NCBI GenBank assembly: GCA_937904375.1
Contig: CALDIG010000303.1
Location: 278 to 64,277 of the forward strand
Direction of reading: 5' to 3'
From: an uncultured Prevotellaceae bacterium
Lineage (GTDB): Bacteria > Bacteroidota > Bacteroidia > Bacteroidales > Muribaculaceae
Length of the DNA: 64,000 nucleotides
Shown here: piece after piece, positions 39,573 to 48,977 of the stretch
Position numbering within the stretch: position 1 is the stretch's first letter
Layout of the letters: the number at the start of each line of letters is the position of its first letter
The notes under the pieces: generated by a model
Database searches by the model: none
Seen by the model: only the letters and a program-made list of their open reading frames with translations
Told to the model about the DNA's origin: nothing
Translations under genes and position numbers: made by a program

Positions 39573-40877
39573 ATGAAACGCAAAATTATGCAAGCCCTCT
39601 TGAGCTGGAAGAACAAGCTTAATCGTCAGCCATTAATTCTCAATGGTGCTCGACAAGTGGGAAAGACCTATATCTTGAAGATGTTTGGCCAAGAGCAATT
39701 TGGAAATGTGGCTTATTTCAACCTTGAGCACAACTTAATGGCGCGTGAACTTTTTGATGGCACTTTGGAGGCTAAGGTAATTATCCAGAACTTTGAAGTG
39801 CTGTTGCATGAATCTATTGATGCCTGTTCCACGCTAATTATTCTCGACGAGATACAGTCTTGCCCCCGAGCCCTCACTGCTTTGAAAGAATTTAGTGAAA
39901 ATGCGCCTCAATATCATGTGGTTGCTGCTGGCAGCTTGTTGGGGGTGGCAATCAATCGTGAGCATTATTCGTTTCCCGTTGGCAAAGTGGATGAACTCAC
40001 TCTCTATCCAATGGACTTTGAGGAATTTCTCTGGGCAATGAACGAAGAGCGGTTGAGTGGTCTAATACGAGAGCATTATACGAGCGATGAACCTATGATA
40101 AAAACATTGCACGAGAGAGCCTTAGAGCTTTATAGACAGTATCTGATTGTAGGTGGCATGCCAGCTGCCGTCGCACAATTCACGTCCACTGGTAGTTATC
40201 TCGCTGTTGCCGACGTTCAACAGCGTGTACTTGATGACTATACCGCCGATATGGCAAAATATGCCGACGCATCAAGTGCAGTGAGGATTCGCGCTTGCTA
40301 TCATTCAATACCTGCTCAACTTGCTAAAGAGAACCACAAATTCCAATATAAAGTAGTGCAGCGTGGAGGCTCTGCCACAATTTTTGGAGAAGCTATCGAG
40401 TGGTTGAAGTATGCCGGAGTGGTTTTAAAATGCAATAAGATAACAGAGGGGAATATTCCTGTTGCGGCGTATGTTGATTTGTCGGACTTCAAACTTTACA
40501 TGAGCGATGTGGGACTGTTGACATTGAGAAGCGGAATGCCCAACTCAATGATTTTGTCACCGCTTCACGAGAACAACACATTTCTTGGTGCTATTGCCGA
40601 GAATTACGTGGCTCAGGCTTTAGTGGCCAAAGGATTTCATTTGTACTATTGGAAAAGCAACAACTCTGCCGAGGTGGATTTCATCGTTCAACAAGATTCG
40701 CAAGTGGTGCCTTTAGAGGTGAAGAGTGGCAAAAACACTCGCTCACGCAGTCTAAATGTATATTGTGCACGCTATAAATCGCAGCTAGCATATCGTTTCT
40801 CTCAAAAGAACTTCGGCTTTGAGAACGGTATCAAATCGGTTCCGTTATATGCAGTGTTCTGCATTGGCGATAGATGA
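39573..40877 (+). CDS. AAA+ ATPase (AAA_14-like) with DUF4143-like C-terminus
   Basis: GARQVGKT, ILDEIQ, AAGSLLG, SFPVGKV, VGGMP, FKLYMSDVGLL, EVDF..PLEVKSG. Confidence 0.92.
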   Translation: MKRKIMQALLSWKNKLNRQPLILNGARQVGKTYILKMFGQEQFGNVAYFNLEHNLMARELFDGTLEAKVIIQNFEVLLHESIDACSTLIILDEIQSCPRALTALKEFSENAPQYHVVAAGSLLGVAINREHYSFPVGKVDELTLYPMDFEEFLWAMNEERLSGLIREHYTSDEPMIKTLHERALELYRQYLIVGGMPAAVAQFTSTGSYLAVADVQQRVLDDYTADMAKYADASSAVRIRACYHSIPAQLAKENHKFQYKVVQRGGSATIFGEAIEWLKYAGVVLKCNKITEGNIPVAAYVDLSDFKLYMSDVGLLTLRSGMPNSMILSPLHENNTFLGAIAENYVAQALVAKGFHLYYWKSNNSAEVDFIVQQDSQVVPLEVKSGKNTRSRSLNVYCARYKSQLAYRFSQKNFGFENGIKSVPLYAVFCIGDR

Positions 40878-41214
40878 AAATAAACCTTCGGAGTCTGATG
40901 TTTTTTAACTTTAAGTGGGGAAAAATCAGAGAATTTTGATTTTTTGTCACTTAACAATCAATTATTGGTGCTTCAGCTTCATTTACTAATCTCATTTGAG
41001 ATTTTCATGTAAGAATAATCTCACAACACATAACGCGAAAAGCGTGGCACGCCCTCAACAGCGCTGCCACGCTTTTGCTTGGTGAATGGATTTGGGATAA
41101 ATAGTCCTAAAAACAACCTGTCGTCGCCTAATGACCGATTGGGGGTAAAATCTCTGATGTCGTTTATGGTCGTTTGACAAAAGGAAAGCAATGCGGTGCG
41201 ACACCATTGTCTTG

Positions 41215-41781
41215 TCAGTTCGTCAACTTGTTGGCATCCCACTCGGGGATGGTGTTGAGCAGGTCGCTGTGGAACTGGAAGGAGCCGTCGGCGGGACGCA
41301 CCACGCAGCGGGCGCGCTCGAGCTGTGGCGTGCTGCCGGCGGTGCTCATCATGAGCAGCTGGAAGCCATAGTCGATGACGGCGGGGTCGCTGGCGCCGCC
41401 ACGTGTCCACTCGTTGAGCTGGAGCATCGCCTCGTGGCTGCAGGGGTCTAGGAACTCGGTGACGCTGCGCTGCCACTCGGCGAGTTTCCACTCTATTGGT
41501 CTTACGCACTGCTCGGGAGGCGTGGCGACGACGATGCTGTCGCGCGTGGTGAGCGACACTTGCGCTGCCAGGTCCTCGATGGGCAGCAGGTGGGCTGGCG
41601 CGTTGTTCAACTGGTGGGCATACCACTGCTTGATGTGTGTGAGCAGCATAGCGTCGAGGTCTATGCCGTCATCCCACTCCACTGTGCAGTCGCGATGTGG
41701 CGTTTCGAGGAGCATCACCTGCTTCCACAGGTCGAGCATCTCGTTCTCGGTAAGGTTGTAGAATTGATTGCGGTTTTCCAT
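41215..41781 (-). CDS. Hypothetical protein
   Basis: 188-aa ORF from MENRNQF with GC-rich, host-like codon usage. Confidence 0.7.
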   Translation of the reverse strand: MENRNQFYNLTENEMLDLWKQVMLLETPHRDCTVEWDDGIDLDAMLLTHIKQWYAHQLNNAPAHLLPIEDLAAQVSLTTRDSIVVATPPEQCVRPIEWKLAEWQRSVTEFLDPCSHEAMLQLNEWTRGGASDPAVIDYGFQLLMMSTAGSTPQLERARCVVRPADGSFQFHSDLLNTIPEWDANKLTN

Positions 41782-42005
41782 GGTTTCGTTTAATTTAGAT
41801 AATCTAGAAACTCTAGAATTTCTAGAAGAACTCAAAAACTTTCTTGTAGAGTTTTTTGTGGCAAAATTACCGAGTGCATTAATAACAAAACAACATTAAA
41901 AGGTCACGATATATTGCCAATCAAAGATTTTTACACATTTTGCGTTACGCATTTTGCGTAATTTGAAAAATTTGCTTATCTTTGTCGCAAAAATCACACA
42001 CAATT

Positions 42006-43133
42006 ATGGACAATCCCTTCATTATAAAGCCTTACAAGAGCAAAGACTTGTTTTGTGACCGCGAGCAGGAACTGGAACTAATGCTCCGAAATTGCCTTAA
42101 TTCCACCGATATGACCCTAATATCTCAACGTCGCTTGGGAAAAACGGGGCTTATTTTGCGCTTGTTTGATGAGATTAAGGAAAACCACGCCGATATTTCT
42201 ACTATTTATATTGATATTTTGTCATCAAGAAAAATTGACGATTTCATCAAACTGCTTGCTGAGGGTGCTCTGCGCTCGTTCAAGCCAAAGACATCAATAG
42301 GCGACAAATTTATGGCGTTTATAAAATCTTTGCGACCGCAATTGTCGTTTGACAATATAACTGGCGAGCCACAGTTGCAACTCACCTACAATACGGCGCA
42401 AGAAAAGGAATATACGTTGCGGGGATTACTGGAGTTTCTTGACCAGCAGGGCACGCACATCGTGATAGCGATTGATGAGTTTCAGCAAATCAGGGAGTAC
42501 CCCGAGGAGAATATGGAGGCTCTGCTTCGCACTTACATCCAGCACACTCACAATCTCACATTCATTTTCAGCGGCAGCAAAAAACACTTGATGACTGACA
42601 TTTTTATAAATGAGAAAAAGCCGTTTTATTCAAGCACTACTTTTGTTTTGCTTGATAAAATATCATCATCAAGTTACTCTGAATTTATTAAACGACTGTT
42701 CACTCAATCAGGGAAAGAAATAAGCGATGAAGCTGTAGATTTTATCCTTGAATGGACTCGTCGTCACACTTATTATACTCAGCAGCTGTGCCATACTGTC
42801 TATGCCAACGGAGATTCAGATATTAACGTTGCCCAGGTGAAAACAGCTTGTAACCAGTTGCTGGAGCAGGGCGAATACACCTACCTTCAATATCGGCAGA
42901 TGCTTACTCCCAAGCAGTGGAATTTTATCATTGCGGTAGCAAAAGAGGGCATAGTACACAAAGCGACATCTGCCGAAATACTCTCAAAATATAAACTTGG
43001 CACTCCATCCTCTGTCACACGTCTCATAGCTTCACTGAGAGAGAAAGGGCTGTTAAATGACGATGTCAGCCTTGAAGGCACTAGCTACTCGTTAAACGAT
43101 GTCTTTTTATCTCATTGGTTAGAACGTCTTTAG
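42006..43133 (+). CDS. P-loop ATPase (archaeal ATPase_2-like) with C-terminal winged helix
   Basis: NPF, FCDREQE, SQRRLGKT, IDEFQ, FSGSKKH; TATCTTTG promoter motif at 41977. Confidence 0.85.
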   Translation: MDNPFIIKPYKSKDLFCDREQELELMLRNCLNSTDMTLISQRRLGKTGLILRLFDEIKENHADISTIYIDILSSRKIDDFIKLLAEGALRSFKPKTSIGDKFMAFIKSLRPQLSFDNITGEPQLQLTYNTAQEKEYTLRGLLEFLDQQGTHIVIAIDEFQQIREYPEENMEALLRTYIQHTHNLTFIFSGSKKHLMTDIFINEKKPFYSSTTFVLLDKISSSSYSEFIKRLFTQSGKEISDEAVDFILEWTRRHTYYTQQLCHTVYANGDSDINVAQVKTACNQLLEQGEYTYLQYRQMLTPKQWNFIIAVAKEGIVHKATSAEILSKYKLGTPSSVTRLIASLREKGLLNDDVSLEGTSYSLNDVFLSHWLERL

Positions 43134-43215
43134 GTTGTGTTTTGCGCACTTGAAACGAGTGGTAAATTAATGAAAATTGTTTGTAATGATAACTAATTAT
43201 TTGAAAATTAGCAGT

Positions 43216-44034
43216 ATGGATAAGAAAATACATTTTGTGAAGATGCATGGTTTGGGCAACGACTACATCTATGTTGACACCGAGTTTAACACCATCCCCG
43301 ACCCGAGTAAGGCATCGATAGCATGGAGCAAGCCACACACGGGCATCGGCAGCGACGGGCTTATACTGATAGGTCGCTCGCCCGAGGCGGACTTCACCAT
43401 GCGCATCATCAACGCCGATGGCCTTGAGGGGCAGATGTGCGGCAATGCCAGCCGGTGCCTCGGCAAGTATGTCTATGAGCGCGGTCTCACCCGCAAGACA
43501 ACCATTAGCATGCTCACACGCGCCGGCATCAAGATGCTGTATCTCGACGTTGACGATAATGACAAGGTGCGGAGCGTGGCTGTTGACTTGATGGAGCCTG
43601 TGCTGGAAGATTCGTCGCAATTCTTACAAGATGGCGAACCGCTGCCCGAGGGGGTATTCGTGTCGATAGGAAATCCTAATTATGTGATTTTTGTTGATGA
43701 CGTTGAGGCGATTGACCTCGCGAAGGTGGGTCCTGAACTGGAGTTCCACTCGCGCTTCCCGCAGCGGTGCAACATCGAGTTTGCGCAGGTGATTAGTCCC
43801 AATGAGATCAGGATGAGAGTGTGGGAACGCGGCAGCGGCATCACTATGGCGTGCGGCACAGGAGCTTGTGCTACGCTCGTTGCGGCGGCACTAACTGGAC
43901 GCACCAAGCGCAAGGCAACAATCAATATGGATGGCGGCTCACTTGAGATTGAGTGGCGAGAGAGCGACAATCACATCTACATGCGCGGTCCCGCCACCGA
44001 AGTCTTTGAAGGCGACATCGAGTTACCTTGTTAG
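43216..44034 (+). CDS. dapF: Diaminopimelate epimerase
   Basis: KMHGLGNDY, MCGNASRC, RVWERGSGITMACGTGAC. Confidence 0.96.
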   Translation: MDKKIHFVKMHGLGNDYIYVDTEFNTIPDPSKASIAWSKPHTGIGSDGLILIGRSPEADFTMRIINADGLEGQMCGNASRCLGKYVYERGLTRKTTISMLTRAGIKMLYLDVDDNDKVRSVAVDLMEPVLEDSSQFLQDGEPLPEGVFVSIGNPNYVIFVDDVEAIDLAKVGPELEFHSRFPQRCNIEFAQVISPNEIRMRVWERGSGITMACGTGACATLVAAALTGRTKRKATINMDGGSLEIEWRESDNHIYMRGPATEVFEGDIELPC

Positions 44035-44072
44035 TTTATAGTTTACAGTTCATAGTTGATAGCTCATATTTC

Positions 44073-44098
44073 ACGTCGCCTCAGAGTTGTGGCGACGT
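44073..44098. terminator. Hairpin between convergent dapF and dnaX
   Basis: ACGTCGCC...GGCGACGT. Confidence 0.55.
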
Positions 44099-44115
44099 TA
44101 ATTGTGCATTCTGCA

Positions 44116-45876
44116 TTAGTTAAGCGTTAGCTGGAAATCGTCTATCATCTTGTTGAATTCGGGGTTGCGCTGGCGCATGTCGGCGACAATCTCGCGGTCG
44201 GTCTTGGCCATCGCTGACACGCCCTTTGGCGAAATCTTGGTTTCAAGGGCTACCATATCGTTGCCCACTTCGTTGCGCAGGAATTGGAGCAGCTTGGTCA
44301 TATTGCTGTTGATGGCTTCGACCTGTGCAGTGTTCTCTACTTCAATAAGATAGGTGGTGTCGTTGACCTTTTGAGGCAATGAGTTGCGCATGGCGCTGAG
44401 CAAGATTATCTCGCCTGGATTTTGCTCCATGTAATGTTTCCAAGCCTCAACAAGTTGCTCGGCAGTGAACTGGGTGGTGTGACTGGGCGCGGCGGCTTTA
44501 AGGGCATCGCTGGCGGCAGTGGCTTGAGGTTGCTTATTGATAAGTATGCGCGGAGCGGTGGCTACGGGCTTAGGGGTTGCAGCAGGTTGGGAGGGGGTTG
44601 AAAATTGCGGTTTTGGCTGTGTGGGAGCTGATGCCTGAGCTTGTGCCGCTGGTTGAGCGGGGGCTTGCTGTGCCACAGGCTGTGGTGTGGCGGGAGCTGG
44701 AGCAGCTTGTGTTTGTGCAGCGGTGGGCGCAGCAGTTATCTTCTGCACTCGTGGTTGCGGTGGCTGCTGCACTGGCGTGCCGCCAATGAGCTGGCACAGC
44801 TTGATGAGCGTGAGCTCTACCACAAACTGCTTGTTGCTGGTCTCGCGGTATTGCAAGTCGCAGCTGTTGCACAGGTCCATCGCCATATAGAAGAAGCGGT
44901 TGTTGAACTTTGATGCCTGTTTCACATGGCGCTGGGCGATGTCGTTGTTCATCTCCAGCAGACCCACCGTCTGTGGCGTGCTGGCTACCATCAGGTCACG
45001 CAAGTGTTGGGCAAGGCCGTTGATAAAGAACAGCGAGTCAAAGCCTTTGTCCCTGATTTCCTTATAGATGAGCAGCGATTGCGGCACGTCGCCAGTGAGG
45101 AATGCCTCGTCAAGGCGGAAGTAGTAGTCGTAGTCGAGAACATTGAGGTTTTCGATGGCGGCCTGATAGGTGATGTTGCCCTCGCTTGAGGCAAGCACCT
45201 GGTCAAAAATCGACAGGGCGTCGCGCATCGCGCCATCGGCCTTCTGCGCTATCACGTTCAACGCCGACGACTCGGCGGTCACTCCCTTGTCCTGGCAGAT
45301 ATATTGCAGCTGCTCCACGATGTCGGGCACCGTGATGCGAGCGAAGTCGTAGATCTGGCATCGCGACAGGATGGTGGGGATAATCTTCTGCTTCTCGGTG
45401 GTGGCGAGAATGAAAATGGCGTAGTGAGGCGGTTCCTCTAGGGTCTTCAGGAACGCGTTGAACGCAGCCTGCGACAGCATGTGAACCTCGTCGATGATAA
45501 ACACGCGGTAGCGGCCTATCTGGGGTGGCACAAGCACCTGTTCAGTGAGGTTGCGGATGTCTTCCACCGAGTTGTTGCTCGCCGCGTCAAGCTCCAGGAT
45601 GTTGTAGGAGCGCTGCTCGTTGAACGCTTGGCACGACTCGCACTCGTTGCATGGCTCGCCGTCGGCTCCCAGATGCTCGCAGTTGATAGCCTTCGCAAAG
45701 ATGCGCGCGCAGGTGGTCTTGCCCACGCCGCGAGGTCCGCAAAACAGGTAGGCGTGCGCCAGCTGCTCATTCTTGATGGCGGTTTTAAGGGTGTGAGTAA
45801 GAGCCTTCTGCCCCACTACAGTAGAAAAACTCGCTGGACGATATTTCCGCGCCGATACTATATAATTCTCGCTCAT
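44116..45876 (-). CDS. dnaX: DNA polymerase III subunit gamma/tau
   Basis: ARKYRP, GPRGVGKTT, ELDAASNN, IIDEVHMLS, LKTLEEPP, Pro/Ala/Gln linker. Confidence 0.97.
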   Translation of the reverse strand: MSENYIVSARKYRPASFSTVVGQKALTHTLKTAIKNEQLAHAYLFCGPRGVGKTTCARIFAKAINCEHLGADGEPCNECESCQAFNEQRSYNILELDAASNNSVEDIRNLTEQVLVPPQIGRYRVFIIDEVHMLSQAAFNAFLKTLEEPPHYAIFILATTEKQKIIPTILSRCQIYDFARITVPDIVEQLQYICQDKGVTAESSALNVIAQKADGAMRDALSIFDQVLASSEGNITYQAAIENLNVLDYDYYFRLDEAFLTGDVPQSLLIYKEIRDKGFDSLFFINGLAQHLRDLMVASTPQTVGLLEMNNDIAQRHVKQASKFNNRFFYMAMDLCNSCDLQYRETSNKQFVVELTLIKLCQLIGGTPVQQPPQPRVQKITAAPTAAQTQAAPAPATPQPVAQQAPAQPAAQAQASAPTQPKPQFSTPSQPAATPKPVATAPRILINKQPQATAASDALKAAAPSHTTQFTAEQLVEAWKHYMEQNPGEIILLSAMRNSLPQKVNDTTYLIEVENTAQVEAINSNMTKLLQFLRNEVGNDMVALETKISPKGVSAMAKTDREIVADMRQRNPEFNKMIDDFQLTLN

Positions 45877-46038
45877 GATGTGCAGTTTTTTTATTCGCTC
45901 ACAAAGATACAACTTTTGCCGCAATTTAAAGCCGTCTTGCTACTTTTTTTCAAAAAATGAGTTCATGCGAATGTTCATTCTTTTTGGATTGGCAGGCTTT
46001 GGATATTGCAAGAACCTCTAAATTGGTAAGAGACAAGG

Positions 46039-48360
46039 TTATTGGGTTTGAACTTTATACCTTTGAGTTCGTTCGTCGTTAATTAATCCGTTCCAGTTCA
46101 AACCGTGAGCGAAGTCGTAGATGTTTCCGTCACTGTCAACGTGCGGAATCATGTCGCGTGGAGCGTCCTCGGCTTGTGACTCAACCGTTAGCATGTCGGC
46201 AGGTATCTGGAATGGGAGCAGTCCTTGTGGCTCAAACCGTCCGGCGATGATGTCGAGTTTCGCCTTATTCTGAATACCGAAGCAGAAAAGAATCGCATCG
46301 GCCATCGGCTCAAATTCCGCCACAACGGCAGGTCGGGTGATGTTGAGCGTAACAATCACAGGTTTTGTTCCCATTTTCTTTTTGGTTTCCAATACGAGTT
46401 CCAAATCGCTTTCATTGTGGGTATGTACAGTTTTCCCCCGGTAACTGCGGTCGTTTGTTTTCTCTTTGGGGTCACCACCGGCAAGGCTTGGCTGGCGTGC
46501 ATTGTTTGCGGTGTAGGGGCGATATTGCAGACTGATGGGCATATAACCATTACCTCCCGATTCCAAATCATTGCGTGAATAGCCGAATCCGCCCAATGGC
46601 TCGTCAATGTCAACCAGGGCAAAGTCGGCTTCATCGGGATTGTCGGTTACACGGAAATATTGTTCTACTAACTCACGGCGTAGGGGATAGTCATAGTGGG
46701 CTTTATATTTTTCGCCCCAAAAGCCTGTCATTTCAGGATAATGGCGTTTGGGCAGATACACAGTGACTTGCTCTTTCATGGGGAGGCAGTGATTGTGGTT
46801 CTTTCCCATTACAACAGAGCGTAATTGCGCGGTGTAACCCTCTTGCATAAATTCGGGATTGCCCACCACACGCGTTGCCTCATCAGGGTCAACGTAGGGG
46901 TTCTCAAACAGACCGAGACGAAAGATATTCAACAGCAGCCGTCGCGCACTGTTCTCAAACCGTTCTCGTGCACTTTGCTCACCGTGGTTCGCCGCCCAAA
47001 TGCGGTAAGCGGCAAGCACGGGTTCTTTGTCTTGATTGCCGCCGAACTGGTCAACACCAGCAAGCAAGGCGCGATAATGTCGTTCCGCAATACTCAGATT
47101 CTCTACGCCCCAAGGTTTTCCCCAATGCTTATCTACTGCGGCATAGTCGCCAGTCACAACCCAGTCGGTACACACTACGCCATCGTAACCTTGTTGCTTG
47201 CGCAGCAACTCGGTGATGATGTATCGGCTGTAGTTCATAGCCACGTTGTCGCCACTGGGGTCGATGTTCCACGGAATAGTGTAAAAAGGCATTACTGCAC
47301 TGGCTCTGCCAGTGGGGCCGTCAAGACTGAAAGCACCTTCGGTAAATGGAAGTAATCGCATGGCAAACTTCCCTGCCGGGTAAATCGCATATTTCCCGAA
47401 GCAATAATGCGAGTCACGTCCACCCTCCTCCGAGCCACCACCTGGCCAGTGCTTTACCATAGTGTTCACGCTGTGGTAGCCCCATCCGTCGGCTATGTGC
47501 GCCTCGCCCGAGCTTGTTTGGAAACCGTCGCAATAGGCTTTTGCGTAATCGGTCACTAACAGCGGGTCTTCGCTGAAGCAGCCGAGGTTTCGCCTCCAGC
47601 GTGGCTCGGTGGCAAGATCAACTTGCGGTGACAAGGCTGTGGTGATGCCCAAGGCGCGGTATTCTCGTGACGCTATTTCTCCAAAACGCCTGATTAGTGT
47701 TGGATCCATAATAGCGCCAAGACCTATCGGGCGTGGCCATAGCGAGATTTGTCCTCCTCCACCGGCAAGGAACTCGTCGGCAGTAGCGGTCTCATTGCGA
47801 GGGTCGCTACTGTTATTGCAAGGCACGCCATGCCCAAGCCCCTCAACGAGTGCCTGCGCTTGGTTGTTCCAACGTGCTGCTGTAGCCGGGCTTTCGACCT
47901 TTGTCACGAGTACGGCACGCACGTTGTCGTTGATTAGGAATGCTTTTTGTACATCGGTCAGTTCCCACGGTTTTGCTCCGCTCTGTTCAAAGGTTTTTCC
48001 ACCATAAACATCACCAGTAGTCTGTGGAATGGGCTGGTGTCCACTGTAGAGCATTAACCCTGCAATCTCTTCCACTGTGAGACGTTTGGCAAGGTCGGCG
48101 GCTCGCTGCGAGGCAGGCAACCTCCAGTCCTCGTATGGCTCAAGCCTTCCGTTGCCACTTAGGTCCTTAAAGGCGAGACCGTCAACAGTGATAATTTTCA
48201 AGCCACTTGCGGGGCTGTAACCTAGCGTGGGACCGTTCTGCTGATGAACAAGGCAGTAGCCCTCTTTATGTTCCACATTGAGTGGTTCACTTGGCAATTC
48301 GGGATTGTTGGATATGGAGTTGGCTATAGTCACGATTGATAAGATGACGGAAAGAAACAT
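46039..48360 (-). CDS. Glycoside hydrolase family 3 (beta-glucosidase-like)
   Basis: SSDPRN, ALSPQVDLATEPRW, VKHWPGGG, VVCTDW, PQGLLPFQIP. Confidence 0.9.
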   Translation of the reverse strand: MFLSVILSIVTIANSISNNPELPSEPLNVEHKEGYCLVHQQNGPTLGYSPASGLKIITVDGLAFKDLSGNGRLEPYEDWRLPASQRAADLAKRLTVEEIAGLMLYSGHQPIPQTTGDVYGGKTFEQSGAKPWELTDVQKAFLINDNVRAVLVTKVESPATAARWNNQAQALVEGLGHGVPCNNSSDPRNETATADEFLAGGGGQISLWPRPIGLGAIMDPTLIRRFGEIASREYRALGITTALSPQVDLATEPRWRRNLGCFSEDPLLVTDYAKAYCDGFQTSSGEAHIADGWGYHSVNTMVKHWPGGGSEEGGRDSHYCFGKYAIYPAGKFAMRLLPFTEGAFSLDGPTGRASAVMPFYTIPWNIDPSGDNVAMNYSRYIITELLRKQQGYDGVVCTDWVVTGDYAAVDKHWGKPWGVENLSIAERHYRALLAGVDQFGGNQDKEPVLAAYRIWAANHGEQSARERFENSARRLLLNIFRLGLFENPYVDPDEATRVVGNPEFMQEGYTAQLRSVVMGKNHNHCLPMKEQVTVYLPKRHYPEMTGFWGEKYKAHYDYPLRRELVEQYFRVTDNPDEADFALVDIDEPLGGFGYSRNDLESGGNGYMPISLQYRPYTANNARQPSLAGGDPKEKTNDRSYRGKTVHTHNESDLELVLETKKKMGTKPVIVTLNITRPAVVAEFEPMADAILFCFGIQNKAKLDIIAGRFEPQGLLPFQIPADMLTVESQAEDAPRDMIPHVDSDGNIYDFAHGLNWNGLINDERTQRYKVQTQ

Positions 48361-48540
48361 AAATTGTTATCTGGAAACTGATTAATGCTTTTTGTATCAT
48401 TATGGCGCACTGCCATAATAATGCTGAAATAATAGGTTTACAAAGGTAAGCATTTTTCCTCAACCTAAGGTCTTTTGATATGCAAAAACTCAAAGATGTA
48501 CTGGTGTGACATTGGTGAGGCGAACCCCATTGACTCCATA

Positions 48541-48682
48541 GGGTCGCTCAGGTGCTGGGCAAGCCCGTTGATAAAGAACATCGAGTCAAAGCCTTTGTCC
48601 CTGACGTCCTTGTATGTAATTCTCGCTTATAATGTGCCGGTTTTTATAATTGCTCACAAAGAAACAACTCTTGCCGCAATTT
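48541..48682 (-). pseudogene. dnaX 5' remnant (promoter/start region fused to an internal segment)
   Basis: 48541-48615 resembles 44994-45068 (DKGFDS.FFINGLAQHL); 48616-48682 resembles 45862-45927. Confidence 0.8.
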
Positions 48683-48752
48683 TCACCACCTCACCAATTT
48701 TTTTGAAGGAATGGGAAAAGGTGTGGTTCTCTTTGTCGTAAAAAGCTACGAT

Positions 48753-48907
48753 AATCAGCCAAAAGTGTACTTCTTTTACTACTTTTTGTTGGAAACTTTA
48801 CCTCACAAATCAGCCAAAAGTGTACTTTTTGACTACTTTTGGCTGGAAACTATGCCTTACAAATCAGCCAAAAGTACACTTTTTTACCCACTTTTGGCTG
48901 AAAAACT
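48753..48907. repeat. Three tandem ~54-55-bp palindromic units
   Basis: AATCAGCCAAAAGT...ACTTTTGGCTG units at 48753, 48808 and 48862. Confidence 0.85.
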
Positions 48908-48977
48908 CGGTTTTTTTCTTGTTTGATTAAAATATTAATATTATTTTTGTTGCCTAAAAATAAATAACTTTACTACT

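Noticed and set aside
41215..41781. Possible prophage remnant
   Set aside because: Single hypothetical gene with no recognisable phage genes nearby.
48753..48907. Possible CRISPR mini-array
   Set aside because: The intervening sequences resemble each other rather than being unique spacers, and no cas genes are present.
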